From: an uncultured Candidatus Saccharibacteria bacterium
Lineage (GTDB): Bacteria; Patescibacteriota; Minisyncoccia; Phycocordibacterales; JACNGX01
Length of the DNA: 64,000 bases
Assembly (NCBI GenBank): GCA_964621395.1
Contig: CAZULS010000001.1
Location: 135,920-199,919 of the forward strand
Direction of reading: 5' to 3'
This document shows positions 1 through 8,405 of this stretch, one piece after another. The notes under the pieces were generated by a model. The model was not told the DNA's origin, ran no database searches, and was given only the letters and a program-made list of their open reading frames with translations. Within the stretch, counting starts at the first letter, position 1, and each line of letters begins with the position of its first letter. The position numbers and the translations under genes were made by a program.

Positions 1-175
1 CTGTTTTCTCTCTTTTGTTGTCAGTCCGTTTCTCCTCGAGAGAGAAAAAGAGGGGAGAGCGACCGAACTTCTTCCGGAAGAGCTCCAAACGAACATCGCC
101 CTAAGCTTTATTGTGTCATTTGTAGGATGGTGGAGCGCTGTGGTACTTTTGGTTATGTACATCTTTGGTTTTTAA
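1..175 (+). CDS. 3' end of a membrane protein (partial)
   Basis: Frame 2 open from the window edge to TAA at 173-175; hydrophobic C-terminus; followed by a hairpin. Confidence 0.55.
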   Translation, partial: CFLSFVVSPFLLEREKEGRATELLPEELQTNIALSFIVSFVGWWSAVVLLVMYIFGF

Positions 176-177
176 CC

Positions 178-227
178 TTGCGCGCACGAAAAAAGCAGCC
201 TTTTGGCTGCTTTTTTCGTGCGCGCAA
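178..227. terminator. Bidirectional intrinsic terminator
   Basis: Long inverted repeat with A/T tracts between convergent genes. Confidence 0.75.
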
Positions 228-232
228 CGCAA

Positions 233-457
233 TTACATCTGCATGGACGAACCAGCACCGTCTTTCTTGGAGAGCGCTACAACAATCATGTAAATTGCCG
301 CAAGCCCCACGATGATGTAGATAATGTCCGCAGCGACACCGCTTCCGAAGATTGCTGCCACGAGATCAAGATCAAACGCGCCGACAAGTCCCCAGTTAAT
401 GCCACCGATGACGGTAAGCACAAGAGCGATCCACTCCATGGCATTGCATTTCATCAT
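233..457 (-). CDS. DUF378-family small membrane protein
   Basis: LTVIGGINWGLVGAFDLDLV...IYIIVGLAA motif; start moved to MMKCNAMEW. Confidence 0.85.
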   Translation of the reverse strand: MMKCNAMEWIALVLTVIGGINWGLVGAFDLDLVAAIFGSGVAADIIYIIVGLAAIYMIVVALSKKDGAGSSMQM

Positions 458-623
458 AGTGATATAAAACATGAAAACGAATAATGTTCGACCAACGTAC
501 AATCCCATTATACCAATATAAGACTCATATGACACGTAGGTGTGCATAACGAATATCTCCATACTCGTTTTTTTAACTGTTCTGGTGTAGAATACACCCA
601 TATGTATTATCTTTATTACCACT

Positions 624-1700
624 ATGATTGATATCACTTCTCTTACTCAATACTTTAGCCAGGGTTTTTGGCAATATGCTTGGGCGGGGAATACGCTTGG
701 CGAATATGTCATTGCCTGTATTGTCCTTGTCCTTGGGCTTATTGTGCTCAAATATGTGCAATGGTTTGTCTTGCGTATACTGAAGAAAGGAGCAAAGCAC
801 ACAAAGACAGACATCGATGACACGCTTGTCGATATTGTCGGCAGTATCAGACCACCCTTTTACTCTTTTCTTGCCTTGTATGTGGCCGTGCGTACACTCG
901 CGCTTTCAGATATCGTTGCACGTATCTTTACTGTCATTTTGATTGCGTGGATTGCCTATCAGGTGGTGCTTGCGCTTCAGATTCTGATTGATTATGTGAT
1001 TAAGAAAAAATTCGTTTCCGAAAGTGATGCGGGTGCGCAGGGCGCGGTATCGTTTATGAGCGGACTTTTCAAGGGGGTGCTCTGGGGCATTGCGCTGATT
1101 ATGGTGTTGGGGAATCTTGGTGTGGATGTGACCTCGCTCATCGCGGGCCTCGGTATTGGCGGTATTGCCATTGCATTTGCACTCCAGAATATTCTTTCCG
1201 ATCTCTTTAGCTCGTTCGTGATTCACTTTGACAAACCGTTTGTTATCGGTGATTTTATTATTGTCGGCGAACACATGGGCACGGTGGAGAAAATTGGCAT
1301 CAAAACAACACGCATCCGCGCGCTTCAGGGAGAAGAGATTGTGATTTCCAATCAGGAGCTCACATCCGCGCGCGTGCAGAATTTCAAAAAGATGGAGGAA
1401 CGACGCATTGTTTTTCATCTCGGTGTTACCTATGATACGGATCTGAAGGCGATGCAAGAGATCCCGGATATGGTGAAGAGTGTGATTGACCCTATTGAAG
1501 GCGCACGTTTTGATCGCTGTCATTTCCAAACATTTGCCGATTCAGCGCTTGTCTTTGAGACGGTGTATTATGTACATTCGGGAGATTATGCTCAATACAT
1601 GGACATTCAGCAGACTATGAACATGGCGATTTTGAAAAACTTTAATGATAAGGGAATTGATTTCGCCTTTCCGACACAGACGATTCATATTGAGAAGTAA
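624..1700 (+). CDS. mscS: MscS-family mechanosensitive channel
   Basis: GLGIGGIAIAFALQNILSD, DKPFVIGDFI, GTVEKIGIKTT, IDFAFPT motifs. Confidence 0.93.
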   Translation: MIDITSLTQYFSQGFWQYAWAGNTLGEYVIACIVLVLGLIVLKYVQWFVLRILKKGAKHTKTDIDDTLVDIVGSIRPPFYSFLALYVAVRTLALSDIVARIFTVILIAWIAYQVVLALQILIDYVIKKKFVSESDAGAQGAVSFMSGLFKGVLWGIALIMVLGNLGVDVTSLIAGLGIGGIAIAFALQNILSDLFSSFVIHFDKPFVIGDFIIVGEHMGTVEKIGIKTTRIRALQGEEIVISNQELTSARVQNFKKMEERRIVFHLGVTYDTDLKAMQEIPDMVKSVIDPIEGARFDRCHFQTFADSALVFETVYYVHSGDYAQYMDIQQTMNMAILKNFNDKGIDFAFPTQTIHIEK

Positions 1701-1778
1701 CGAGTTTCGAGACGGCGCGCTCACGCGCGCCGAGAAGAAAAAGCGGGGCGGCCTTTGGTCGCCCCGCTTTTTCCATAC

Positions 1779-2954
1779 CTACCCCTCAATCACATCAAGA
1801 AGCATGTCACGCAGTTCGGGAGCTAGATTTTCCATAAAGAAATCGGCACGTTCTTTGAGATTGCCGGAGAGATAGGTGGAAAGTGCCATGCCGGTATCGG
1901 TAAAGAGTGTGTGATTGATATGCAAAGGTGTGATGGCATTGAGCTCGCGTTCGGAAGTCGTGTCGCCTTCGGAGCTGGTGACCACAATGCCGGCAAGTGT
2001 GCCGGTTGTGATGTCTACAATACCGCCACCGGAAGATCCTTGCTGTGCGGCGATATTGCCCGACACGGCAAAGAGATCAGCCGTGTGTTCGCCGAATGTA
2101 TAGACATCCAACACATGAGTGACAGCGGTGACAGGCCAAAGCTCGCGACTCACGGCGGATCCGCTCAGAAATTCTGCCGGATAGCCGGCAACGAGCATGG
2201 GAAGCCCTTCGGGAATGTCGTCGTTTTTTGCTCGGAGGGAAAGAGCGGGGAAGGAAGAAGGCAGGGGATCATCGGTAATCGATTCGTTGATAAGAAGCAG
2301 GGCAACGTCATATTCACCCGTTCCCAGCGGTCTGTCTTGGACAATCGCCTCGGCGTTTCCGGCAATCCACGAAGAAGAAATAAAGAGCGGTACGGCATCG
2401 TAGGCACGCTCGGCAGGCGCTCCGGTGCGGACGATGCAATCCGTGTATCCGGTGCCGCCCTGTTCTTCTTCAAGGAGGAAATATTGAGCCACATGGGAAT
2501 TGGTAAGGACGATACCGCGAGAATCAATAATCATACCGCTTCCCGACGATGCGCTGATGCTGCTTCCGGTGTGGGTTGTGCAAAAGACGTTTACCAGAGC
2601 GGAACGCGCGGCGACATTGAGTACATCAGTGGGCTGGACATCCGGCGGTGGCGGAGTGCTTTCTTCCGGCTGTAATTGCTCATCTGTTGGGTCGGTGCTT
2701 GTGGCAGGCTCGGCGGCATGGGGAGTATCGTTTGCCGTATGCGGATGTTGTTGGGAGGGGGACTGCTGATATCGTTCGGAAGGAGACGGCGGTGTGTTGA
2801 GGGTGTGTTCGGAGCGTGGTGTTTCGGCTATGGGTCCTTTGGGAGGCGAGAAAGAATTGGTATCGGCAATACCGATAGATGCCAGAAGTTGCATTGTTGC
2901 GGCAATGACGATAACAAGAATTTCTTTTGCAATGTGGATAAGCTCTTCAAGCAT
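1779..2954 (-). CDS. Trypsin-like (S1) serine protease, N-terminally anchored
   Basis: GSGMII..VLTNSHV, YDVALL, QGSSGG catalytic triad motifs; Pro-rich linker. Confidence 0.85.
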   Translation of the reverse strand: MLEELIHIAKEILVIVIAATMQLLASIGIADTNSFSPPKGPIAETPRSEHTLNTPPSPSERYQQSPSQQHPHTANDTPHAAEPATSTDPTDEQLQPEESTPPPPDVQPTDVLNVAARSALVNVFCTTHTGSSISASSGSGMIIDSRGIVLTNSHVAQYFLLEEEQGGTGYTDCIVRTGAPAERAYDAVPLFISSSWIAGNAEAIVQDRPLGTGEYDVALLLINESITDDPLPSSFPALSLRAKNDDIPEGLPMLVAGYPAEFLSGSAVSRELWPVTAVTHVLDVYTFGEHTADLFAVSGNIAAQQGSSGGGIVDITTGTLAGIVVTSSEGDTTSERELNAITPLHINHTLFTDTGMALSTYLSGNLKERADFFMENLAPELRDMLLDVIEG

Positions 2955-3023
2955 GGCGCTATTATACGTTTTTTGCGTGAAATACGCGAATATTTGACAT
3001 ATTTATACATGCGTGATGTAGTC

Positions 3024-3052
3024 TTGACTTTTATTGAGGAGCGGTATAGAAT
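3024..3052 (+). promoter_or_regulatory. sigma70-type promoter
   Basis: TTGACT-17 bp-TAGAAT. Confidence 0.7.
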
Positions 3053-3152
3053 GGGGGAGTAAATGTACAGCTTTCGGGCTGTCATTTTCATCAAAGGTCC
3101 CTTGGGCTTTTGCCCTCATATTTTTTGGCAGTAAGTATTTTAGGCTTACTTT

Positions 3153-3254
3153 ATGGAAGATAATGTAATGAATCCGGTAGATGATCAGCAGAATGATGCT
3201 GCTCAGCCGGCAGAAGGAGAAACTCCTGAAGCTACTGAAGAGTCAGCTGAATAG
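3153..3254 (+). CDS. Putative 33-aa acidic peptide (MEDNVMNPVDDQQNDAAQPAEGETPEATEESAE)
   Basis: ORF lies between a consensus promoter and a terminator at 3261-3297. Confidence 0.55.
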   Translation: MEDNVMNPVDDQQNDAAQPAEGETPEATEESAE

Positions 3255-3260
3255 TCTCCT

Positions 3261-3297
3261 CACACAACCCGCCTCTGGCGGGTTGTGTGTTTTTTTG
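3261..3297 (+). terminator. Intrinsic terminator
   Basis: CACACAACCCGCC...GGCGGGTTGTGTG followed by a T tract. Confidence 0.75.
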
Positions 3298-3450
3298 GTA
3301 GGATAGTGCAACAAACGATAAACCCTAGAGCACGCAAGTGTGCTCGGGCGAAGCGATAAACGCGGCGGATGTCGCAAAGCGACATCCTCCGCGATGATAA
3401 ACTTTCTCTTCGTTGTCATTCCCGGCTTGAATGGGAATCCAAAGCCCTAA

Positions 3451-3551
3451 TCCAGCCCCACACTGATGTGTTTCAGGATAAAATAAACTGATCAGTAGAG
3501 ATACTACCGGATACAGAATTATGTCTCTGGACACATAAGTGTGGGGCTGGA
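3451..3551. repeat. ~103-bp inverted-repeat bracket element
   Basis: TCCAGCCCCACACT...AGTGTGGGGCTGGA, 101 bp. Confidence 0.7.
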
Positions 3552-3591
3552 CGGGCATGTCCTAAACCAGGCGTAGCCTGGTCGGACAAGA

Positions 3592-3662
3592 GCGGGTATA
3601 GTTTAGTGGTAGAATATCTGCCTTCCAAGCAGAGGACGGGAGTTCGATTCTCCCTACCCGCA
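3592..3662 (+). tRNA. tRNA-Gly (TCC)
   Basis: GCGGGTA/TACCCGC acceptor stem, TCTGC-CTTCCAA-GCAGA anticodon arm, GTTCGATT T loop. Confidence 0.95.
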
Positions 3663-3827
3663 CAGCCAAAGCGAACCGCCATGAAGGGGCGGTTTTCGCT
3701 TTGAGCTGTGCGGGTAGAATGCCACACCTCATACGCATATGGAGTTTTTGGAAGTATGGAATAATGCAAGAAAGTAAAGATGTGTGGGGACAATATCTCT
3801 TGTGAGGTGTGGCATGTGGAGAATCGA

Positions 3828-3933
3828 ACCAAACACAACTTTCACTGATTATTTTGATTGGTTAATTAAATGTTAGAGATTTTTCTTAACGAGAAGTAGC
3901 TATTTTCGGTTATAAGTGAAAGTGGTGTTCGGC
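3828..3933. repeat. ~103-bp inverted-repeat bracket element
   Basis: ACCAAACACAACTTTCACT...AGTGAAAGTGGTGTTCGGC, 106 bp. Confidence 0.65.
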
Positions 3934-3992
3934 GCCCAAGAGTACTTAGCGGATTGCGAATACTTGGAGCAATACGCTTAGTAACTCTGGGA

Positions 3993-4011
3993 CGATTCTC
4001 CCTACCCGCAC
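3993..4011 (+). repeat. 19-bp duplication of the tRNA-Gly 3' end (att-like)
   Basis: CGATTCTCCCTACCCGCAC identical to 3645-3663. Confidence 0.75.
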
Positions 4012-4308
4012 CACTTCGCCGAGCACCACTTCCGAAAGGAAGTGGTGCTCGGCTTCGCGGCGTCCGTCCTGCATAGCTTTAGCGACGTAGGGCAAGCACC
4101 ACCAACAGCGTGTATATCATATAATCGCGAAGTGGCCCTGCAGAGCCTCGGCGACGTGGGGCATGTAAGACTGTGAGCCGCGCCTGCCTGCCGGCAGGCA
4201 GGTCCAGCAGCACTTTATAAAATACGAGCTCTCAGGCGAAGTATTTTACTTAGTAACTCTGGGACGATTCTCCCAAAATAAAAGCCGGCTTCTGCCGGCT
4301 TCTGCCCT

Positions 4309-4686
4309 CTATTTTCTGGGAGCAGGTATAGGGTACAAGGCTGCTAATTCGGGAGAAAATTGTGCTGACGAGACTGCCACCCAACCCCCCTCTTCAATAA
4401 TGAATCCAAGGATAGGTTTCGTATCGCCTTCTTTTCTGAATATTCCCACAGCCAAGTCACCGTCTCTCACATCTCCGCCTTGCCAGGCTCGTGTGAAGAA
4501 ACCCTCGAATTCTTTTTCGTAACCAAGCTCACATACTTTTTCCCATATAGACACGGCATGCCATCCGTGTATGTGGTAAGCTTCTGAGGGATTATTCAAA
4601 TCTCGGATAAATTTAACCCCTAAATGTGCGATGGCTAACATTTTTACTATCCTCCTAGATTGATTTTGTGTTTTATTATCCATCAT
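4309..4686 (-). CDS. Hypothetical protein (ORFan)
   Basis: 125-aa ORF, SD-like GGAAGGGG, terminator at ~4280-4301. Confidence 0.65.
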   Translation of the reverse strand: MMDNKTQNQSRRIVKMLAIAHLGVKFIRDLNNPSEAYHIHGWHAVSIWEKVCELGYEKEFEGFFTRAWQGGDVRDGDLAVGIFRKEGDTKPILGFIIEEGGWVAVSSAQFSPELAALYPIPAPRK

Positions 4687-4698
4687 TTTTCCCCTTCC

Positions 4699-4968
4699 TT
4701 AATTTTTTACATATTTCCGTTCGTTCAGAAAATGGTTGGCCGCTGCCCCAATAAGCCAAATTGAGGGAAGTAATATTGCTGCAATGGTGGCAGTGAGAAT
4801 AGATACATAGGATTTCTCTGTAGTGGTTACAGTTATAAATATTATTCCAGACGCAACTATGCCCACATAGCTGGCATTCCTGAGTTGTTTTAAAGTTCCC
4901 GTTTTCATTTTGGGCATGAATACGAGCGAAAAGAGCATTGTGATGATATAGAGTATGATGATTTCCAT
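4699..4968 (-). CDS. Hypothetical membrane protein
   Basis: About 3 hydrophobic segments; GGAGG before ATG at 4968. Confidence 0.65.
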   Translation of the reverse strand: MEIIILYIITMLFSLVFMPKMKTGTLKQLRNASYVGIVASGIIFITVTTTEKSYVSILTATIAAILLPSIWLIGAAANHFLNERKYVKN

Positions 4969-5124
4969 TTTCCCTCCGTTTTTGTTCAAGTACAAGTTAC
5001 ATAAAGAAATATTTCCTGCCCGCATAATTGCACAAGTTTGACATCTGTTCAAAGAAGTGCTGCAAAACATTCATTTTATAAACAAATAGTTGAAAAATAG
5101 CACAAAGAGATGTATGGTTGAAAT

Positions 5125-5967
5125 ATGCTTTCATTCTATAAGGGAATTGAAAATGATATCATTGCTCATCTCACAGAAGGGCCGCTTCCGGCAAAAACAC
5201 TGGTGAAAACGATTGTCGCTGAGCGAGGAGTGACCGACCAGGGCGTGTATAAGGCGCTGAAATATCTTATCGACGGAGAGGTGGTGACGAAAGAAAAGCG
5301 GTCTGTTGGTTTATCGCATGCATGGGTGGAGCGCCTTGTTGCTTTTGCTGACGATGTGGCTCGAAAATATGAAATGAGTGACATGAACGATTTTCTCCGC
5401 CTCAACGACAAAGAGAAAGTATCATATACGTTTACTGAATATTTTAAATCCGATATCCATTGGGCACATATCTTTTTTCTCCTTGCCAAGCGGACTGATG
5501 CGCCGATTTTTCTCCTTTCTCCACACAATTGGTTTATTATTGCGCGTCCGGATACCGAGTCGGTTTTGTATGATTGGGCTAATCGTTCAAAACGGCATAT
5601 GTACACGCTCACAAAAGGTAATACCGCACTTGATCGTGCTGCACAAGCTACAATTGAAAGTGATTTTGTGCACTTTTATCACGATGAAGAGATGAGCACG
5701 CCGCTCAATCGCTTTGTAACAGTTATCGGTGATTTTATTTTTGAATTCATCATTCCGGAACGCATTGCCGACACAATGGAAGAATATTATGCAACATACA
5801 CCGAGTTTAATGAGGAAAGTATCGGTGCATTCCGCGCGCTCAGCGATACAAAGTGGCCGGCAAAATTTACCGTTGAAAAAAATGCGAAAAAAGCACTTAA
5901 ACTCCGCCGGCGCATAGCCAAAGATTTTTTCATTCCGGCAGACGTAAAGGAGAAGTGGCTGACCTGA
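5125..5967 (+). CDS. Hypothetical protein, possible N-terminal winged HTH
   Basis: 280-aa ORF; VTDQGVYKALKYLIDGEVV resembles a wHTH. Confidence 0.7.
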   Translation: MLSFYKGIENDIIAHLTEGPLPAKTLVKTIVAERGVTDQGVYKALKYLIDGEVVTKEKRSVGLSHAWVERLVAFADDVARKYEMSDMNDFLRLNDKEKVSYTFTEYFKSDIHWAHIFFLLAKRTDAPIFLLSPHNWFIIARPDTESVLYDWANRSKRHMYTLTKGNTALDRAAQATIESDFVHFYHDEEMSTPLNRFVTVIGDFIFEFIIPERIADTMEEYYATYTEFNEESIGAFRALSDTKWPAKFTVEKNAKKALKLRRRIAKDFFIPADVKEKWLT

Positions 5968-6034
5968 GTATATATGTCAAGAAGTTATACACAGTGTGCT
6001 TGACTTTTTTACATAGTTCGCATAAAATGTCATT

Positions 6035-6742
6035 ATGACCAAGAACACACATAAAGAATTGATGTCCACTATCAAATCGTTGCGGACCGAGAAAGGATTC
6101 TCGCAGGAGCAGACAGCTTCTGCTATCGGCGTTTCGCGCCCGACCTATACAGCCATTGAAGCAGGTAAGCAAAAACTTGATGTTGAAGAGGCGAAAAAGC
6201 TCGCGGTGTTTTTAGGTATTGATGTTGAAGATATCGTGTATGAAGATGTGTCGAATTTGGAAAAGTATAAACACATGATTCTTGCATATCTTCGCGCAAA
6301 GGTGTCGGACGATGGAAAGGTGACAAAGACGAAACTTGCCAAACTCTTGTATCTGGCTGATTTTGCGTGGTATTACGATCACATGAAAAGTATGAGTGGT
6401 ATGCGATATCGTCGTTTACAGTATGGTCCGGTACCAGACATGTTTTTTCGCGCACTCGCGGAGCTTGAAGACAGTGGGAAGATTGTTGTGGAACGGAAAG
6501 ATATGGAGGAAAGAGAAATGTTTCTTATTAGCGAATCTGAGAGCAACAAGAACGATCCTCTTGAGAAGGTGGGAACTGATGAGGTTTCCCTTATTAAGAG
6601 CATCGCAAAAAAGTGGAAAGATAAAAAAACGCAAGATATTGTGACTTTCACACATAATCAATTGCCATATCGGATTTGTCGTGATAATGAGATTATCCCT
6701 TATGAGCTCATCACACAGGAGGATTCCGACCTGGTGTATTAG
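6035..6742 (+). CDS. XRE-HTH + Panacea/SocA (DUF4065) antitoxin
   Basis: LRTEKGFSQEQTA..IGVSRPTY HTH; KLAKLLYLADF..YGPVP Panacea motif. Confidence 0.85.
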   Translation: MTKNTHKELMSTIKSLRTEKGFSQEQTASAIGVSRPTYTAIEAGKQKLDVEEAKKLAVFLGIDVEDIVYEDVSNLEKYKHMILAYLRAKVSDDGKVTKTKLAKLLYLADFAWYYDHMKSMSGMRYRRLQYGPVPDMFFRALAELEDSGKIVVERKDMEEREMFLISESESNKNDPLEKVGTDEVSLIKSIAKKWKDKKTQDIVTFTHNQLPYRICRDNEIIPYELITQEDSDLVY

Positions 6743-6745
6743 GGT

Positions 6746-7150
6746 ATGCCAGGGACATGTTCTGTTACAATTGAATCTTTTGCGGAAAGTCATTATGTGA
6801 AGACGTTTGAAAAGAGGCACAAGTGGCACTGGGATGTAACTCGTCGCGCCATTATCGCCGAGCTTGAACGTATTGAAGCACTTCTTCTCACCGACAAGGC
6901 GGATTGTATTTGTGAGCAGGATGGTGTTGCCATTGTAAAAGTGGATTTCAAGGTGGCGGGAACAAAAGGGTCAGCAAAAAAGTCCGGTAACAGATGTATT
7001 GTTGCGTGGCATAAAGATAATGAAAAAGTCTCTATACTTTTGTTATACGGAAAGACAAATTTGCCAGGTAGAGGGAAAAATGAGACCGCGGTATGGAAAA
7101 AGATGGTGAGAGAGCAGTATCCCGAATATAGATATTTGCTAAAGAGCTAG
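6746..7150 (+). CDS. Putative RelE-fold toxin paired with the Panacea antitoxin
   Basis: 3 bp after the antitoxin; KKSGNRCIVA...ILLLYGK resembles RelE/HigB C-terminal motifs. Confidence 0.6.
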   Translation: MPGTCSVTIESFAESHYVKTFEKRHKWHWDVTRRAIIAELERIEALLLTDKADCICEQDGVAIVKVDFKVAGTKGSAKKSGNRCIVAWHKDNEKVSILLLYGKTNLPGRGKNETAVWKKMVREQYPEYRYLLKS

Positions 7151-7282
7151 CACGCTTATTTTGCTTGCACCCGACCCGCAAATATGCTTAAATAGTGGGC
7201 ACAACGAAAGAAAGGGGATTTTGGCGTCTGGCTGGACTCTTTTTATTTTCTTTTTTATTTCTGACTTTTGATTTTCAGTCCT

Positions 7283-7372
7283 ATGGGAACTTCGTTAAAG
7301 AACAAACGCAAAAGTGTGAAGCGTCGTCGTCGCAAGAAAATGCGTCGTCAGAATCGCTTTAAGAACAAATAA
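7283..7372 (+). CDS. bS22 / AURKAIP1-COX24-like small basic ribosomal protein (29 aa)
   Basis: MGTSLKNKRKSVKRRRRKKMRRQNRFKNK; own terminator at 7364-7410. Confidence 0.65.
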   Translation: MGTSLKNKRKSVKRRRRKKMRRQNRFKNK

Positions 7373-7551
7373 CGCAAAACCGCCCTCGAGGCGGTTTTGC
7401 GTTATTTGTTCAGGAATATGAAAAACGAAATATGGAATATGGTGTACGGCGTAGCTTCGCTCTGTCGCACGCTCGAAACTCGAAACTTGACTCTCGAAAC
7501 TCAACGAAAAAACTCCGCGGTGCGGAGTTTTTTCGTAAGTGGGTGATGCGT

Positions 7552-7824
7552 TTATTTCACCGCATCCTTGAGGGCTTTCGCCGCACGGAACTTCGGTACG
7601 CGCTGCGCGGGAACCTGAACGGCTTCACCGGTGCGCGGATTGCGTGCCGTGCGTGCCGCACGCATCTTTGCCGAGAAGATGCCGAGACCCGCGATGGACA
7701 CTTCGTCGCCCGCCTTCAGCGTGTCAACGATTGCATCAAGCATTGCGTCTACGGCGCGTTCAGCGTCCGCTTTGGTGCTGCCGGTTTTTTCCGCAACAAC
7801 ATCAACGATAGCTGCTTTATTCAT
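7552..7824 (-). CDS. hup: HU DNA-binding protein
   Basis: MNKAAIV..GLGIF..RAARTARNPRTGE..PKFRAAKALKDAVK. Confidence 0.95.
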   Translation of the reverse strand: MNKAAIVDVVAEKTGSTKADAERAVDAMLDAIVDTLKAGDEVSIAGLGIFSAKMRAARTARNPRTGEAVQVPAQRVPKFRAAKALKDAVK

Positions 7825-8115
7825 GGGATGTATTTCAAGAGAATATCTCTTGTACGTTAGTCGGGTAAAATCGACCTCGTCGAGTATATTTTCCAATCAT
7901 CCTTGCGGACGTTATTGAGAAATAGACTCCTTTCAATCCCGGAAACGGGTTCGCTTCCTATAAAACATTATAAAACAATGCTTTTTACGGGGACAATCTT
8001 GACATGTGAATAAGATGTTGCATGAGTTTTGGGGACAGTGTTGAAAATAAAGGATAAATTGCAAATAATTCGTTTTTTGTGTTTACGCAACGTATATTTT
8101 AGGCAGAAATTGTCC

Positions 8116-8220
8116 ACCACACACCACTTTTTATGAGCGAGCGTCTTGCGGTAGTGTATTTCACGAAACGAGCATCTTTTGTATCGTTGGTTTGCGCATT
8201 GTGAAAAGATGGTGTGCGGT
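8116..8220. repeat. ~103-bp inverted-repeat bracket element
   Basis: ACCACACACCACTTTT...AAAAGATGGTGTGCGGT, 105 bp. Confidence 0.7.
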
Positions 8221-8267
8221 ACGCGCTAAAACAAAAACGCCCTGACGGGTCTTTGAAAAGGAGGCAT

Positions 8268-8370
8268 ACCACACACCACTTTATATTGGACAACGTGAGA
8301 AGGTTTTTCGTGTATATGTAACATAAGTATTTTTATGGTTATTTGAGTGTATTAAAAGATGGTGTGCGGT
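8268..8370. repeat. ~103-bp inverted-repeat bracket element
   Basis: Same ends as 8116-8220 with a different interior, 103 bp. Confidence 0.7.
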
Positions 8371-8405
8371 ACGCGCGATAAAGAAAAGCCCTTTCGGGCT
8401 TTTCT

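Noticed and set aside
3934-4013. Second tRNA-Gly gene
   Set aside because: Only the 3' 19 bp match; no D arm, anticodon arm or 5' acceptor strand.
7960-8100. Replication origin
   Set aside because: Only one clear DnaA box (TGTGAATAA) and no dnaA/dnaN nearby; more likely the HU promoter region.
8116-8376. Mini CRISPR array
   Set aside because: The alternating motifs are left and right inverted ends of two bracket elements, not direct repeats with 30-40-nt spacers.
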